Of a stretch of DNA of 64,000 nt, positions 23,501 through 36,744 are shown one piece after another. Both the position numbers and the translations under genes were made by a program. The stretch lies in the NCBI GenBank assembly GCA_050084985.1, contig JBITNC010000001.1, forward strand, positions 59,272,001 to 59,336,000. Reading direction: 5' to 3'. Origin of the DNA: Nageia nagi (Eukaryota; Plantae; Pinophyta). The notes beneath the pieces are model-generated. The model did no database searches. It saw only the letters and a list, made by a program, of their open reading frames with translations, and was not told the origin of the DNA. Positions within the stretch are counted from its first letter, which is position 1; every line of letters begins with the position of its first letter.

Positions 23501-26500
23501 CTTATTTTCAAAAGAATCTTCCTTGAAAAATTCCTTCCTATACTGGGTGATCATGTGGTATTAGATGCTCTTCATTTTATCATGCAATGAACTTTTAAAT
23601 TTTATCTTAAACCCTAAGTTATTCTCAACATGTTTGGCTAATACATATACTTTTTTTCTTTGAAGTGTATTTTGGAGCATGCATGTTAGCCATCACATGA
23701 ATATCATTGTGTAAACTACTAATAAACTTATGGAATTTCTTGAATTGTACTTTTTAGAGACCTCTAGAACATATTTTATTAATCTCATATATTTCCTATG
23801 ATATTTTTCAACTAGCTTGTTTCTTTTCCCAATTCTATTAATTTCATCAAACATTTCCATGATGAACTTGTTTGACACAAAATTTTTCCTAAATCTACTA
23901 AGGAAATTCTTCGATGGCACATCCTTAGTCTCCATTTCTCTATCCTCTAGAAGGTTTTCCCACTATTCTAAGGTTAAATATTCAAGTAGCATTACAACCC
24001 ACTAATCTTTTTGATAGGTTTATAGATTTCTAGTCTCAAAATGGGTCTTATGTTCTTTCATCCAAGCTTTGACAATGTCACCTAATTTTTCCCCTATAAA
24101 TTCCATGGCTGAAATTATTTTCTTGAGATTATGGATCATATTCATTAGTTCATAACTTTTACCATTCTTAAGTTTCTTAAAATTTTCTTACTATTGTTGA
24201 ATCATATTGAACTATATCTTAGGAATCATAATAAACCCATGATAATGGATTTTCTTTTTAAGGTCCTCCACATGTGTCTTGAATTCTTCTAAAATTCACA
24301 ACCTTTAAAAATCTAGATATTGCTTTCTTGGTTGAGTTTCCTTAAGATCATTATTCTTCAATTTTATTAATTGGTATCCTCAAGTATGGACATAACTCTT
24401 TCAATTTTTGACAAATCCATCCTTTTTATTCAAAACTAGGAGATTGATCCTTCAATTATATGTGTTTATTTTTATCAAAATATATGACTTATCCATTTCA
24501 TATCACATATGGAATAGACTTAAAAGAATCTTCCAATAAACTCAAGTTTATTAAAATACCTTATTTAAAGGTCTTATTTACATGCCATAACCATTATAAA
24601 TACATAATTATCCTCAATAAAATTATAATGACCCAAATCTTTAACCCAATATTGGATCTTCACTTTTGCACACTTCTCATAACTTAAGCATTGAGCACAA
24701 AATCATTTATTTCCTTGAAAAAATACTTATTAATATCTATATATCCTATTTTCATGAATCAATACATAATTTATTTCAAGGAAAATCCAATACATATTGG
24801 AGACCTTCAATGTTCTTGATATCTTCAGTGTTTATATTAGCACCATTTTCCTTCAACCTTTCAACAATTGTGTGAAGTTTCAATTCCTCAATGCTTAGTG
24901 GAATTCCTTATTCTGGATATGCTTTAATAGGTAGCAAGAATCTAGACTTGTACTTTATTATCTCTTTAATTTTTAACTCATTGTATAATTTAAAATGATA
25001 ATCTACATTCCATTCTAGGAGATATTCATCAAATATGACTTCTTTAACTTAGATATTGTGGCTTACTTCATCCCTTGATTCATAGCCTATATTTTGCAAA
25101 TATATGTTTCTTCAAGCAAGTTGATTTCTTGTTTCTTCTTTAGGAGGAAAGTGTCTTCCCCTATATATTCTTGACATTCTTGCTCTTGTTCTTCCAACAT
25201 ATGGAAAATCTCTTATTCTTGAGGCAAAACTCCATTGACCAATGTTGATGAAATATCTCGTTGATTTTATGGTTCATAAAGTTAACTTTTTTAACAAATC
25301 ACCATGATAGTTTACTTGACTATTCATATTACCTTATTCTTTACAAGAATAATAAAAATAAATTACAATTAACACTTGAAATCATAAATATTTATTCTTA
25401 ATAATGCTCTATTTCTTATTTAAGAAAAAATAAATCTTAAGATATCTCATAACCTTATCAAGGTTATCCATTCTTAATTTTCTTATAATTACTAGTAAAA
25501 TCTTTTAACCAAGATGTTTATAATAGCTACTTTCATAACCTCTCTAGGGTTACAATTTTTTTATCAAACATATTTGGCAATAAGTATGAAGGTTTTTTCA
25601 AAAACATCCCTTAGAACTAGTCTAATTAAGAGAATTATTCTTTCATACCAACTTATTAAGGTTTCATCCTTTTTTGAGTGGCTAGCTCCTTAGATGTATA
25701 TTGGTAGATCTTACCAATAGTTTCCTCTTCTTGAGGGTACCACATACCTTATTATAGTTTTTTACCATCATCATGTATAGGTAGGTTAATTACTTTAGGA
25801 TTCTTCCTTTCCCTAACAAGACTATGTTTGATAGTCATACCTCTCTTATATTTTTGTGTAGATTCATATTTGTTAGGGTTTTCATGGAATACTCTTCCCA
25901 AGGTTATAAATTTAATTTGATGACTTAATACTAAGTCATGTTATGTATTTTAAGGATACTACTACATTTGATAAGTTACCTTGGTATTACTAAGATGTCA
26001 TCTTTTCCCAATAATAAAAGTTATTGGTTAAAAAATTCATATTACTTATGTAAACCTACACACCTAGGATCTAATACTGAATGTTAGGACTTGATTTTTA
26101 AACCTTAAAAATTGGCTTTGAACTTAATTCCAATCCCAAAAAACACATATGAAATGAGCATAATTATTTTTTGGACCAATATACAAATACACATTTACAT
26201 TCAATAATAAAATTTTATGGGCTACTTTTGAAGCATGAGATTGAGATCACATAATGGTTCCAAGTATTGTCATTCTTGAGTCATGATCTCATAATTAGAT
26301 GATCACACCATTTATCTCTTGATATTTAACCTTCTCATTAAATATCCTAAATGTCTTTCCAAGAATTTTCATCTTAGGAGATAATAGCCTTCTAGTCTCC
26401 TTGTCAACCCATCTTGAAGCATTATTTCTTACTGATGGTATCTTAACTTACCTGGATCATAACCATGATCAAGTTTGGAAATTTAAGTACTTTAGGGTCC

Positions 26501-28743
26501 TTCATGACCAATCTTGATAATTCTTCAACTATCCTTCTTGATAATCCTTATTCTCATCTTGAAGTCATGTGTGTTGAGAATGCCTTGAATTATCCTTATT
26601 TGACAATTCCTTGTTCTATTGAGATCTTCTTGAATTATCCTAACTTGATAATTCCTTGATCTCCATACAATTTTCTCAAATTATCCTAGCTTTATAATTC
26701 TTAGACCTCATAAAAGTATGCTCAAGACTTACCTAGGTTTTATCTAAGGTTTAATACCATTTCCTATGATTAATGACATATAAGGTCATGAATATATTTT
26801 CCATCCTATTTGGTTATGCTTAAATCAATATGCGTATTATAGATCAAAACACCAAATATGGTTTTCTTTATCTATACAATTATTCATACCTTTAATAAAC
26901 ATTCATCCCTTCTACTTATGCAATAATGAATTATATTTATATATCACCATTAATGTGTATTGCATAATAATAATGAAATGTTTCATCATCCATGCAATTC
27001 ATCCAATAACATATAATAATATTCTTTTTAATGTCATTCAATAGCCATCATGGTTATCATCACATAATGTCATCTAACCTTCAATTTCCCAGTAAATCAA
27101 TTCATATGAATATAATTCCAAGCTCTTATTATTGAATAGGAAAATCATCAAATATTTATCATATAAATAATGGATCTTGAATACCATTAACATATCATCC
27201 ATATATCATAAGGGTATTCCATACATGGATCCAACTTACACATTGTATATATGTAAAATACATCATAATTTCTCATTGTCTATTAATGTATAGTAACACA
27301 AGATTATACAAATAATCTTGTTATTACATTAATACATATCCAAAATCTTCATACAAGCATCCTTTATTAAATATGAAGTTACATCCTCAATTAATTAAAC
27401 TAGCAAGAATCCCTCATAAGCATGAACTAACCTTCCTTGGACATGTTAGCTCATAGTGGTTATTTGGATCATGAAAAATTTTATTTATTATGCATCTACT
27501 CATGCAACAATCTCAAAAGATGCCTAGAATGCTACTTCATTCCTAGGTTACTCAATTCACTTAGAAAACAAACTTTTCAATCTTAGAAAAAAGTAATAAG
27601 AGAAATCAATCAATCAAATATAGATTCTTAAAAGTGTTAAAATCACTTCATAACTAGATAATAAAAATAGTCTCTCTTGTCCTCAATTTTAAGATCCCAT
27701 TTTAAAATTGATGACCTAAGATCACATAATTTAAATTTATTCCCTTTGTTCAATTTTTTCATTCTAATTGCTAAGGAATAATAATAACATAATATTTCAA
27801 TAATTAACTAAATTATCAAAATAATTCAACACTACTTAATTCCTCATACGAAAATTCATATTGTACATACTATAGAATAGAGCATTCATAATAGTTATTC
27901 TTTAGAATATAACTACTTATGCAAAATTCTCTCAAATAGCAAACCTACTTCACAACATCTAGGACTACTCAACTCATCTTAAGAAAAATGGCAGTTTTAC
28001 TATCTTAAAACAAAGTGAAATAAATACCTTTAATTCTTAATTTCAAAGAATAAATTTCTCTTTTCTCAAATGACTATGCCATTGGTTCCATAAATTTGAG
28101 AATGTCATAGTATTTTGGCCATAATTTTTTACTTGGATATTCATTTAAGCCTTTTTTTAAATGTGCAAATTTTGAAGATCTACAACTTTGTAATGTCTCC
28201 TTTAGAATACAACATGTTCAAGGCTACAAATGTCATATTACAGATTGAAATTTCATTTTAATGTTTGACTAGATTTTCAACAATATGGCTTCAAACATTA
28301 ATTATCTAAGAATTTTATCAATTTAATAATTTAATTCACTTTCATCCTAAAATCATGGATTCCAAAAAAAATCAATCAATCAAGCCAAACTAAAACACAT
28401 ACAATTAGATTTTTTTTAAGGACACACTATGATTGAATATTTTACAATTATTTCTAAAATCACTATGATCTTGTGGATTCTAGTTAGATTTTTCTGAAAC
28501 CATAAATTAAACCTTACCAATTAGAATTTAGATTTAAACTAAATTAAAATTTGTAACCATATCTATTTTTAAATTAGGTATATCAAAACTCAGTAGAAAT
28601 CTATAGCAAGGGTTTTTTATCACAACCAAAATAATCAAGAATAAATCAAATCAATAAATCTTTTCACAAATCTTCTCTATTTTCATAGATCAAATTTTTA
28701 GAAATAATTTCTTAGAATCAATTACTCAAACTTTATTGTGGAC
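17593..28743 (-). mobile_element. Gag-only non-autonomous LTR element C: 3' LTR 17593-~22551, internal 22552-26067, 5' LTR from 26082 interrupted by Copia at ~28744
   Basis: 17593-~20420 aligns with 26082-~28743 (both start TGTTAGGAC); decayed PBS GGATCTAATACTG at ~26067-26080; PPT junction ATGACA|TCCTCCCCT at 22551. Confidence 0.8.
23600..24130 (-). pseudogene. Retrotransposon gag remnant (element C)
   Basis: ORF 23693-23935 NFLSRFRKNFVSNKFIMEMFDEINRIGKRNKLVEKYHRKYMRLIKYV fits the Retrotrans_gag pattern; upstream EFIGEKLGDIVKAWMKE. Confidence 0.65.
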
Positions 28744-28959
28744 TACAAGGCTATGATCAAACTCTATGATTAATTATTAAATCAGAATGGTGTAATATAT
28801 ATATTTGATCATTATAGTTTTATAACTATAATACAGTTGAATAACTATGCAACTAATTTAACTTCCTAATGACACATGTAAATGCATGACTTATTATAAT
28901 ATAAATTTAAATTAATAACCCATGAGGATTATAACTTAATATTCCCCCCTTAATCCATA

Positions 28960-31047
28960 GGGGTAGGTTGAATTCCAAGCATCTGCCTAAACTTCTCTCT
29001 TCAAAGCACCTTGATGAAGTTGTCTATATTTTGTTCTTTAGTGGAACAATATTTCAACCAAATTATCTTTACCTCTACATGATGTCAAATCAAATGATAC
29101 TTCATGTTGATGTGCTTAGTTCGATCATGAAACTTTGGATTCTTTTCCAATTTCATGGAAGAATTATTATCAATTAGAAGCAAAGTGGGAAAACCTTGTT
29201 TCTCTTGTAAATATTCAAGAAGTTTCTTGAGCCACATAATCTCCTTTTTGCCTCTATAGCAGCCAAATACTTTGCCTCGGTAGTAGAATTTGTTGGCATA
29301 GATTATTTTCATGATCTCCAAGAAACAGCTACTAGTCTAAGATTCATAAGATAACCTAAAGTAGAAACTCCATTTTCTTTATCACCATTAAAGTATAAGT
29401 TAGAATATACAATCAATTTGAAGTCTCCTACCTTGTATTATTTGATACCAAAATATTAATTCCCCTTCAAATATCAAAGAACTCTCTTCACTGCTATCCA
29501 ATTGCCTTCACATGGTTTGTGCATAAATTGAGATATAATAGCAACCATAAATGAATTATTGGGTTTGGTAGTGGTTAGATAAATGAGATTTCCAACTAGT
29601 TTCCTATATTTTATAGAATATTGAAATTTATTCCCTTCAACTGATGTCAACTTTAAATTATATTATGTTGGAGTAGAATGTATCTTATAATCAATCATGC
29701 CAAACTTACTCAATAATTCTCCAATGTACTTTTTTTGGGAAATAAATATATATTATGATGCTTGAGTTACCTCAACACCTAAGTAATAATTAATATTCTC
29801 CATATCAATCTTTTCAAATCCCTTTTTGAAATCTTATTTCACAAATGTAATGAATCCTTCATTATTCCTTGTCATCAAAAGATCATCTACATACACCATA
29901 AGATATACAACTATTTTTCAACTTTCTTGACAAATAAAGTTGCATCATAGAGGTTAAAGTGTTGGAAATTAGTCTTAAAAATATGTTCAATAAGCTTGTC
30001 ATACCATGTGTAAGGTGCTTTCTTTACACCATACAAAGATTTTATGAGTTTACAAACCTTATATTCATATCCCTTTTCAATAAAGTTAGAAAAATAGTTG
30101 TATATCTTATGGTGTATGTAGATGATATTTTGAAAATGGGGAATAATGAAAGATTCATTACAAATCCTTCAGATTGAAGAATGTACACATTTTCCTTCAA
30201 AAAACCATTCAAAAATGTTATTTTTTCATCCATTTGATGCACTTTCCATCCATGTTGAGATGACATAACCAACAAAGAATGAATGATCACCTATTTTTCT
30301 ATAGAAGAAAATATCTCATCATAATCAATGCCTTTTTTTATACATAGCCCTTAGAAATTAGCCTTGCTTTATGTTTATCAAGTGAGTCATCTGATTTGTA
30401 CTTATTTCTATAAACCCACTTGCAACCTATTGGTTTGGTTCCATAGGGAGGATCAACCAACTTCCAAGTCCCAATCATGATTAGAGCATCATACTCTTTC
30501 CTCATGGCTTTTTTCCAAGCATCTTGGAAAGAACCTCCTTAAAGGAAGTTGGCTCAAAATCAATACAAAAATTCAATTCCATGTCAAAATAATAATCCTT
30601 ACCATCATCTAAAAAATATCAACATGAATTGAACTTAAACCTCCTACTACTCTATTTTCTTATCATGCTCAATAGGAACTCCAAGTTCTTATCTTCTTGA
30701 ATTCATCAAGATGAACATTTTCAAGTGTTTTTGATGCCCATTTTGGAATATTCTATGATGTTATTGGTTCATCACTAGGTTGATTTGGTGCTTCACTTCT
30801 ACCAAGACTCAATTTCCCAATCCCTTCAATCACATCATCTAACTAGCTCACCAATGCAAGCACTAAAGAATTGGAGAAACTATTGAAGAAGGTATCTATT
30901 CATATGAAATAAGTGGTGTAGATTACAAACTATGATCCAATATTAGTATCCCCCCTCAAATTTTGGAATCTCATAATTTTATTTAATATAAGGCTTCCCA
31001 TGGGTAAATTGGTCAAGGTGATCAAGCTACCACTTTACAACATCATT
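28960..31047 (-). pseudogene. Copia RT-RNase H plus linker
   Basis: WKKAMRKEYDAL..GTWKLVDPP..KPIGCKWVY; WKVHQMD..FLNGFLKENVY; YVDDLL; IMWLKKLL...DNNSSMKLEKNPKFHDRTKHI. Confidence 0.92.
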
Positions 31048-33789
31048 TGTAATGCTCCACCTATTCTTGACTTCACAAAACCCTAAAATTACAAACCTAT
31101 TTTTTATTATTTAATTTCAACACTCGAATGTGTAGGATGGACAAGTAATCCATATGAGCATATTAATGTTGCTAGCTAGTTAGCACTCACATGGAAAATT
31201 AGTTAAATTTAAATTAACCAACCCTAATCAAAATCCTTTTGGTGTTCACTTCTTAATGCTGATCCCATTGGAAGACACCTCATAGGTGACTCCACCATTT
31301 CTATTCACAAAATGTGCAATAGATATTCTTATCATGGCATAGTGGTTTCCTACTCATGGTCCATATCACCAAAGAGAATGCTCTTCCATAAGGTTATGCA
31401 TCTTTTTAGATGATAACCTTTGATTGACATGTGCAGATAGATTTTCCTAGGAAATCTTCATATGAAATGGGTAAGCATCATCACCTATGGAATAATCATC
31501 ATACTCCCATTTACTAAATTGCAAGTAGTATGAATACTAGTTACCTTCACCTAGTAACTATATTTTTATTGATTTCTATCCTCATCTGACAAATTATCAA
31601 GGATATGAGACACTAACTTACCCATATCTATCTGCTAGGCTCACCATGAAATTCGATAGCCTCATGCCCATATCTTGGGGAGCCATGGGTATTGGAATAA
31701 TACCCTTGAGTGGTTTGTATAGTATAATTATTTTTTAAGCAAGATTATAAAGAAAAACCATCCCCTCTAACATTCCTAGAAATAATTGATTCTCAGATCA
31801 ATTATTGGGTTTTCTAAGTTTTATGCTTGTATCGAGTAGTAGGATGTTCCTCTAATCTAATTTCTTGCAAATAAACCATTTTTTACATTAATAATTATGT
31901 TTGATAAATAAGAACAATAAATTCATCAAATGTGTACAAGATATTTCAAAACAAGCTTTTTTATGAATTCATTAAAGAATATTCAACAATACTTTACTAT
32001 AAATATCTCATATGCATGATGTGACATGCTAAATATTACTTTAAAAGTACATCACATACCAAAGAATAATAACAAGCTTTGAGATATTGCTAAATATGGC
32101 TACTTCTAACAAGGAAGTGTTGCATAGAGTATATCATACTCAAGGGGTATTCTTTTTATATATCATTTAGTGAATTTATGACAACAAAGGTTTGACTAAG
32201 TTATCTTCTATAGGATTGAGGTCTACATTATCTTCTAGGGTTTTAGCACCTTGATTAATCTTTCTTATAAGATCATATATAAGCTTTAGGTTTCATCTAA
32301 GATTGTATCAAGTCATTATTAATTTAACTACTTCAAGGTAATTCATGCAAATAGCTTCATTGTTTCTTCAATGTTTTAAATTTAAGAAATTCATATCCTT
32401 ATTGAAGGATATGATACCATTATTTCTTTAATGTTGATTTTCATTATGAGATACTTATTATTTTTATCCACATACCCTTTATTGTTTATCATAAGAGAGT
32501 TTCCTTTGTAACATTAGACTATCCATAAGTCACATTAGGATTATATCATAATCAATTCAAGTTGGGGAATGTAGAAATTATGTTTTTTACCAAATAATTA
32601 ACTTCATATTAGTATATTTAAGGTCCTTATAGTGCTGTTTATTTATCTTTCCAAAAGATTATTTGTATTCTCACAAGCCATCTAAATACATTTAGGAGTA
32701 TAACATAGGGTGAACAAATTGAACTTGAATTCTAGTTTATCATTAACACCTACTTACATTCCTTTGCAAATGACTATACAGTCAATGGGCAATGTCTTCA
32801 CTTCATACCCTAATTTGTTACATGATGATAATATTCTATAATGAGCTAGGGAACCCTTTTTATACCTCACAATATATAAGCCATTCAATTACATAAGGGT
32901 CCCCATACAACTATCAAAGAGGGTTTTTATCATATCCTTATCAAATTTATCTTATAAGGTATTCAATAGATCTTTATCCTCTTGATGTAGCTTATTGTCA
33001 TCTTCACCTTCTACATTCCTCCAAGGATCCAATATTCATTGGATATTGATACTAAGAAAGGATCTTGATTTTTGAGGATCAAGACAACTCTTTTGACCAA
33101 AATGCATCCTATATTAACTACATCATATTTCATTCCTTCACATGTAGTTTATTGACAATTCAACAATTAATACACTATTCTTGGACCTCATGAGGTTTTA
33201 TTTTATTTCTAGAACTACTTGCCTTCCTTGGTAATAGGGTAGATTTTCATATATAGTCATTTTACATACATCAAATCTACTTCAAAATAATATTATTTAC
33301 TCAAATGAACATATCACTATTCCATAAGAATCATCTTTAAAATAGTTCTAACATTATTTATCTTCAATTTGGTACTACTATTTAATTACATGATTCGTAC
33401 TCAAATATTAACATTCAATAAATTACTTTGACATAGTTGTTATTCGAAGTAATACTATTAATAAAATACCATCATCATGGTTCACCCATTATCTTATAAG
33501 TATCTATTCATACTTATAAACATTGTTTATGAGTATACATCCATTCTCAACTAAACATCATTCAATCATATTTTCACCTTTTTAAACTCTCCTAAAATTC
33601 AATATAATTTTTTTCCATTTTAAAAATTTTGTAATCCCTCTATACAAAATTATTTCAATATATTTATTGTAATCTCTTTATAAACTACAAAATATTAAAA
33701 ATAAATATTAATGGTAGCTTTGCATAGTAACTATATATAGCAAGTTTCAACCTACACACCACATGTTTTGTAGAGGTACTCATTTATTA

Positions 33790-34620
33790 GAATGGCTATG
33801 TGAATTGTTTGACAAAATGCCAATTCGAAATGTTGTCTCATGAACCATATGATTTGCAAGATATACACACAATGGTTATGGTAAAAGAACCTATAATTTG
33901 TTAGATGAAACATCGATGCAATCTCATGGTTTGCAATGATTGCGAGATATACTTAAAAGGCTTACATTAAAAAGGGTTTGCAAATTGTTTGAAAAAATAC
34001 CTCATCAAAAATTAGTTTGAAGGATCTTAATAATTATGCATTATGCACAAGATAGATACATTGGAATGGATGGTGAATTGTTTGACAAAACCACTCCAAA
34101 ATGCTGCCTCTTGAACTGTAATGATCAGATATGAATAAATGGATAAGTTGGAAAAGTATGCAAATTTATTTTATGGGATACCTCATCGGAATGTCGCCTC
34201 ATGGATCGTAGATTGATAAAATTGATATAATAAAAAATCCTATGAATGGTTGATAAAGTGTTTCATCATAATTCACTATCAAGGGTCAAAATGATGTACA
34301 ATAAGAATATGTTGGAGAAATCTATGAATGGTTTAATATAATGCGCTATTGAAAGGTAGTCTCATGGTTCGCATTGCACAAAGAGACATTATGAGAGGGC
34401 CTAAAAATGGCTTAACAAAAAGGTTTTACCAAAATGAACTTTCATGGGTTGTAATGATCATAGATAAGAACAAATGAATGTGTTAGAAAGGCCTACGATT
34501 GGTTTGGCCACATGCTTCATTGAAATGTAGTATGAAGGATGTTAGTGTTCATACGATATGCAAAAGTATGGATAAAAAATATCTACAAAGGATTTGGTAA
34601 AAGCCTCTTTGAAATGTTGA
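33790..34620 (+). pseudogene. Degenerate PLS-class PPR motif array inside the Tekay 3' LTR
   Basis: CELFDKMPIRNVVS*..ARYTHNG; DAISWFAMIARY; KLFEKIPHQ; LFYGIPHRNVASW; YEWFNIMRY*KVVSWFA; YQNELSWVVMII; ~80-93-nt spacing. Confidence 0.88.
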
Positions 34621-36744
34621 GCCAAAATAGAGGAGAGCCAATGGTCGAGAAGCAATCAAGATTAAACTCAAAAAAATATTTTTTCATAGTAAAGCTTTCA
34701 AAAAAAAACTTCCCTAGTACACATCACCCTTTCAAATAGTCTTAAGTGAAATCAAACAAAATGGAAGGGTACCAAAAGATGTCTCAATGTAATTTTTGTT
34801 TTTAATTTTTCTTTCAAGTACTATGTTCAAATAAATGGTTGACATGAATTCACAAGATCATGAATTTTTCTTTAATTTAATCTTTCCTATCTCTTCTTTA
34901 AATACTTGCATACATGTATGGATATGTAATGCTACCCTACTCTATACTTATACTAAAATCCAAAAATATTCGCCCTTTTTTTTGAATGTATCTTACAATA
35001 CTTATATCCCATATCGATGATAATTTGTTGTTCTCTATGCTATATCTAGGCATCACCATCTCTTGTCAAGTATTAGGGCACATTCACTATGCAACCCACC
35101 TTACTTGCATGTGGTATCTCATGATGAGCATGCTCTAATTTTATTTGGAGACCTCTATCACATGAGTGTATTATCTCACATAAAGAACTTATTCTATCTT
35201 TATTCTTATCTAGGTTTGATAGTTTCTTTTGAATGCCAAATCTTAAAATCCATGATTTCTAGACCTAATTATTTCGATAGATTACTAAAATACTTGTATC
35301 ATCTTTTTACACATGTATTGTAACTGGTGTTCCTTAAATGCTAGAAAGGGTTGTTTAGATCCACTTCCCATATCAATTTCTTAGGTCTATCCTCATATGA
35401 AGTACTTATTCATATACTTATTTAAAATCCTAATAATTGAGTAAGTTAGGTTTGGTATTTATTAAATGTAAGACATGAACATGACCCATTATTATTTCAA
35501 TAGTATAGTGCAAACCATATATACAATGAACACATTGAAATATTTGTATTGAAATAAAAGTATAAATATAGGATTAAACCATACTTAGTGTGATGCTTGC
35601 CATGACAATATCTTAGGTCAACTTTAATCCTAATTTTTAAGTTCTTACATGCATCATAAAATGTTTTCACTTAGACTCACTTAATAAAAATTATTTTGGT
35701 AATAATTATACACTTTGACATCCTTATTATTTGTTAGGTGGGAGATATCTACACCTAGGATAAAATTTATTCTTTTAATGATCAAATGGTCACTTTCTAT
35801 GGTAAGTCCATTTATAACAATGATGTATATATATTTGTACCATAATTTGGTGTAAAATAAAACAAAATCTAGTTAATGTAACTTGCCATGACATGTCGGC
35901 TACATTCCTTGATATCCCTTTTGATGTTCGATTACGTACAATTCTTCTTATGCCCTATCTTACAAATAAAATATTAACTTCAAAAGTAATTTGTCAATGG
36001 TTTCATACAATACATCAATTATGTTTATTACATCCAATGAATGCAATCGTACGAAAAGTCTTCATCTTCATCCATGGAATCTTCATGCCATCTTCTTCTC
36101 GTGATCATCCCAAAGTTACAATAATAAGTGGTTGTGAGTACTAGGAGAGTTTTTTAGCATTATGAGGATCAAGAAAGCTCTTTGTATGACCATTTTGACT
36201 TCTACTATGCACTATGCACAACTTCATTCAATAAATTCTGTACACCATTTAATTAAGTTATACTCTATATATGATCTCAGGAGGTTTTATGCCTTGTAGA
36301 AGCTACCTCTCTTCCTTGACCATAGAGTATAATTTTATTCAAAAAGGGAAATACTAACATTCAAGTAAGGTCCAAATAAAAGTCGATCCTTATTGAAAAA
36401 CCTTGTTAACTATTAATTGTAGGGGCATATTCAATAAATACCATGATCTAAATAATAACAAGCTTAAATATCTTTAGTAACCTTCTCATTGTTAAGGCCT
36501 TTACAATAAATACCATGTTCCATGCATCCTCATAATTCTACTTTTATTAACAAATTCAAGTCTAATTAACTTCATAGGGTCTATGTTTTCAACCTCCTTT
36601 ATACCATAAATGGTTTAATTTAAATAATAATATCTTCCAAGACAATTTGTTAAGTCCTTATTGAATCACTTTAAGTTACTGTAAATAAACATTATCTAAG
36701 TCTAGATTAAAATCTAAATAAAGACTTATAGGAGTGTCAATCAG

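Noticed and set aside
29959-30177. A separate + strand reverse transcriptase
   Set aside because: Only ~80 bp is RT-like, and it is an inverted copy of the neighbouring minus-strand YVDD segment.
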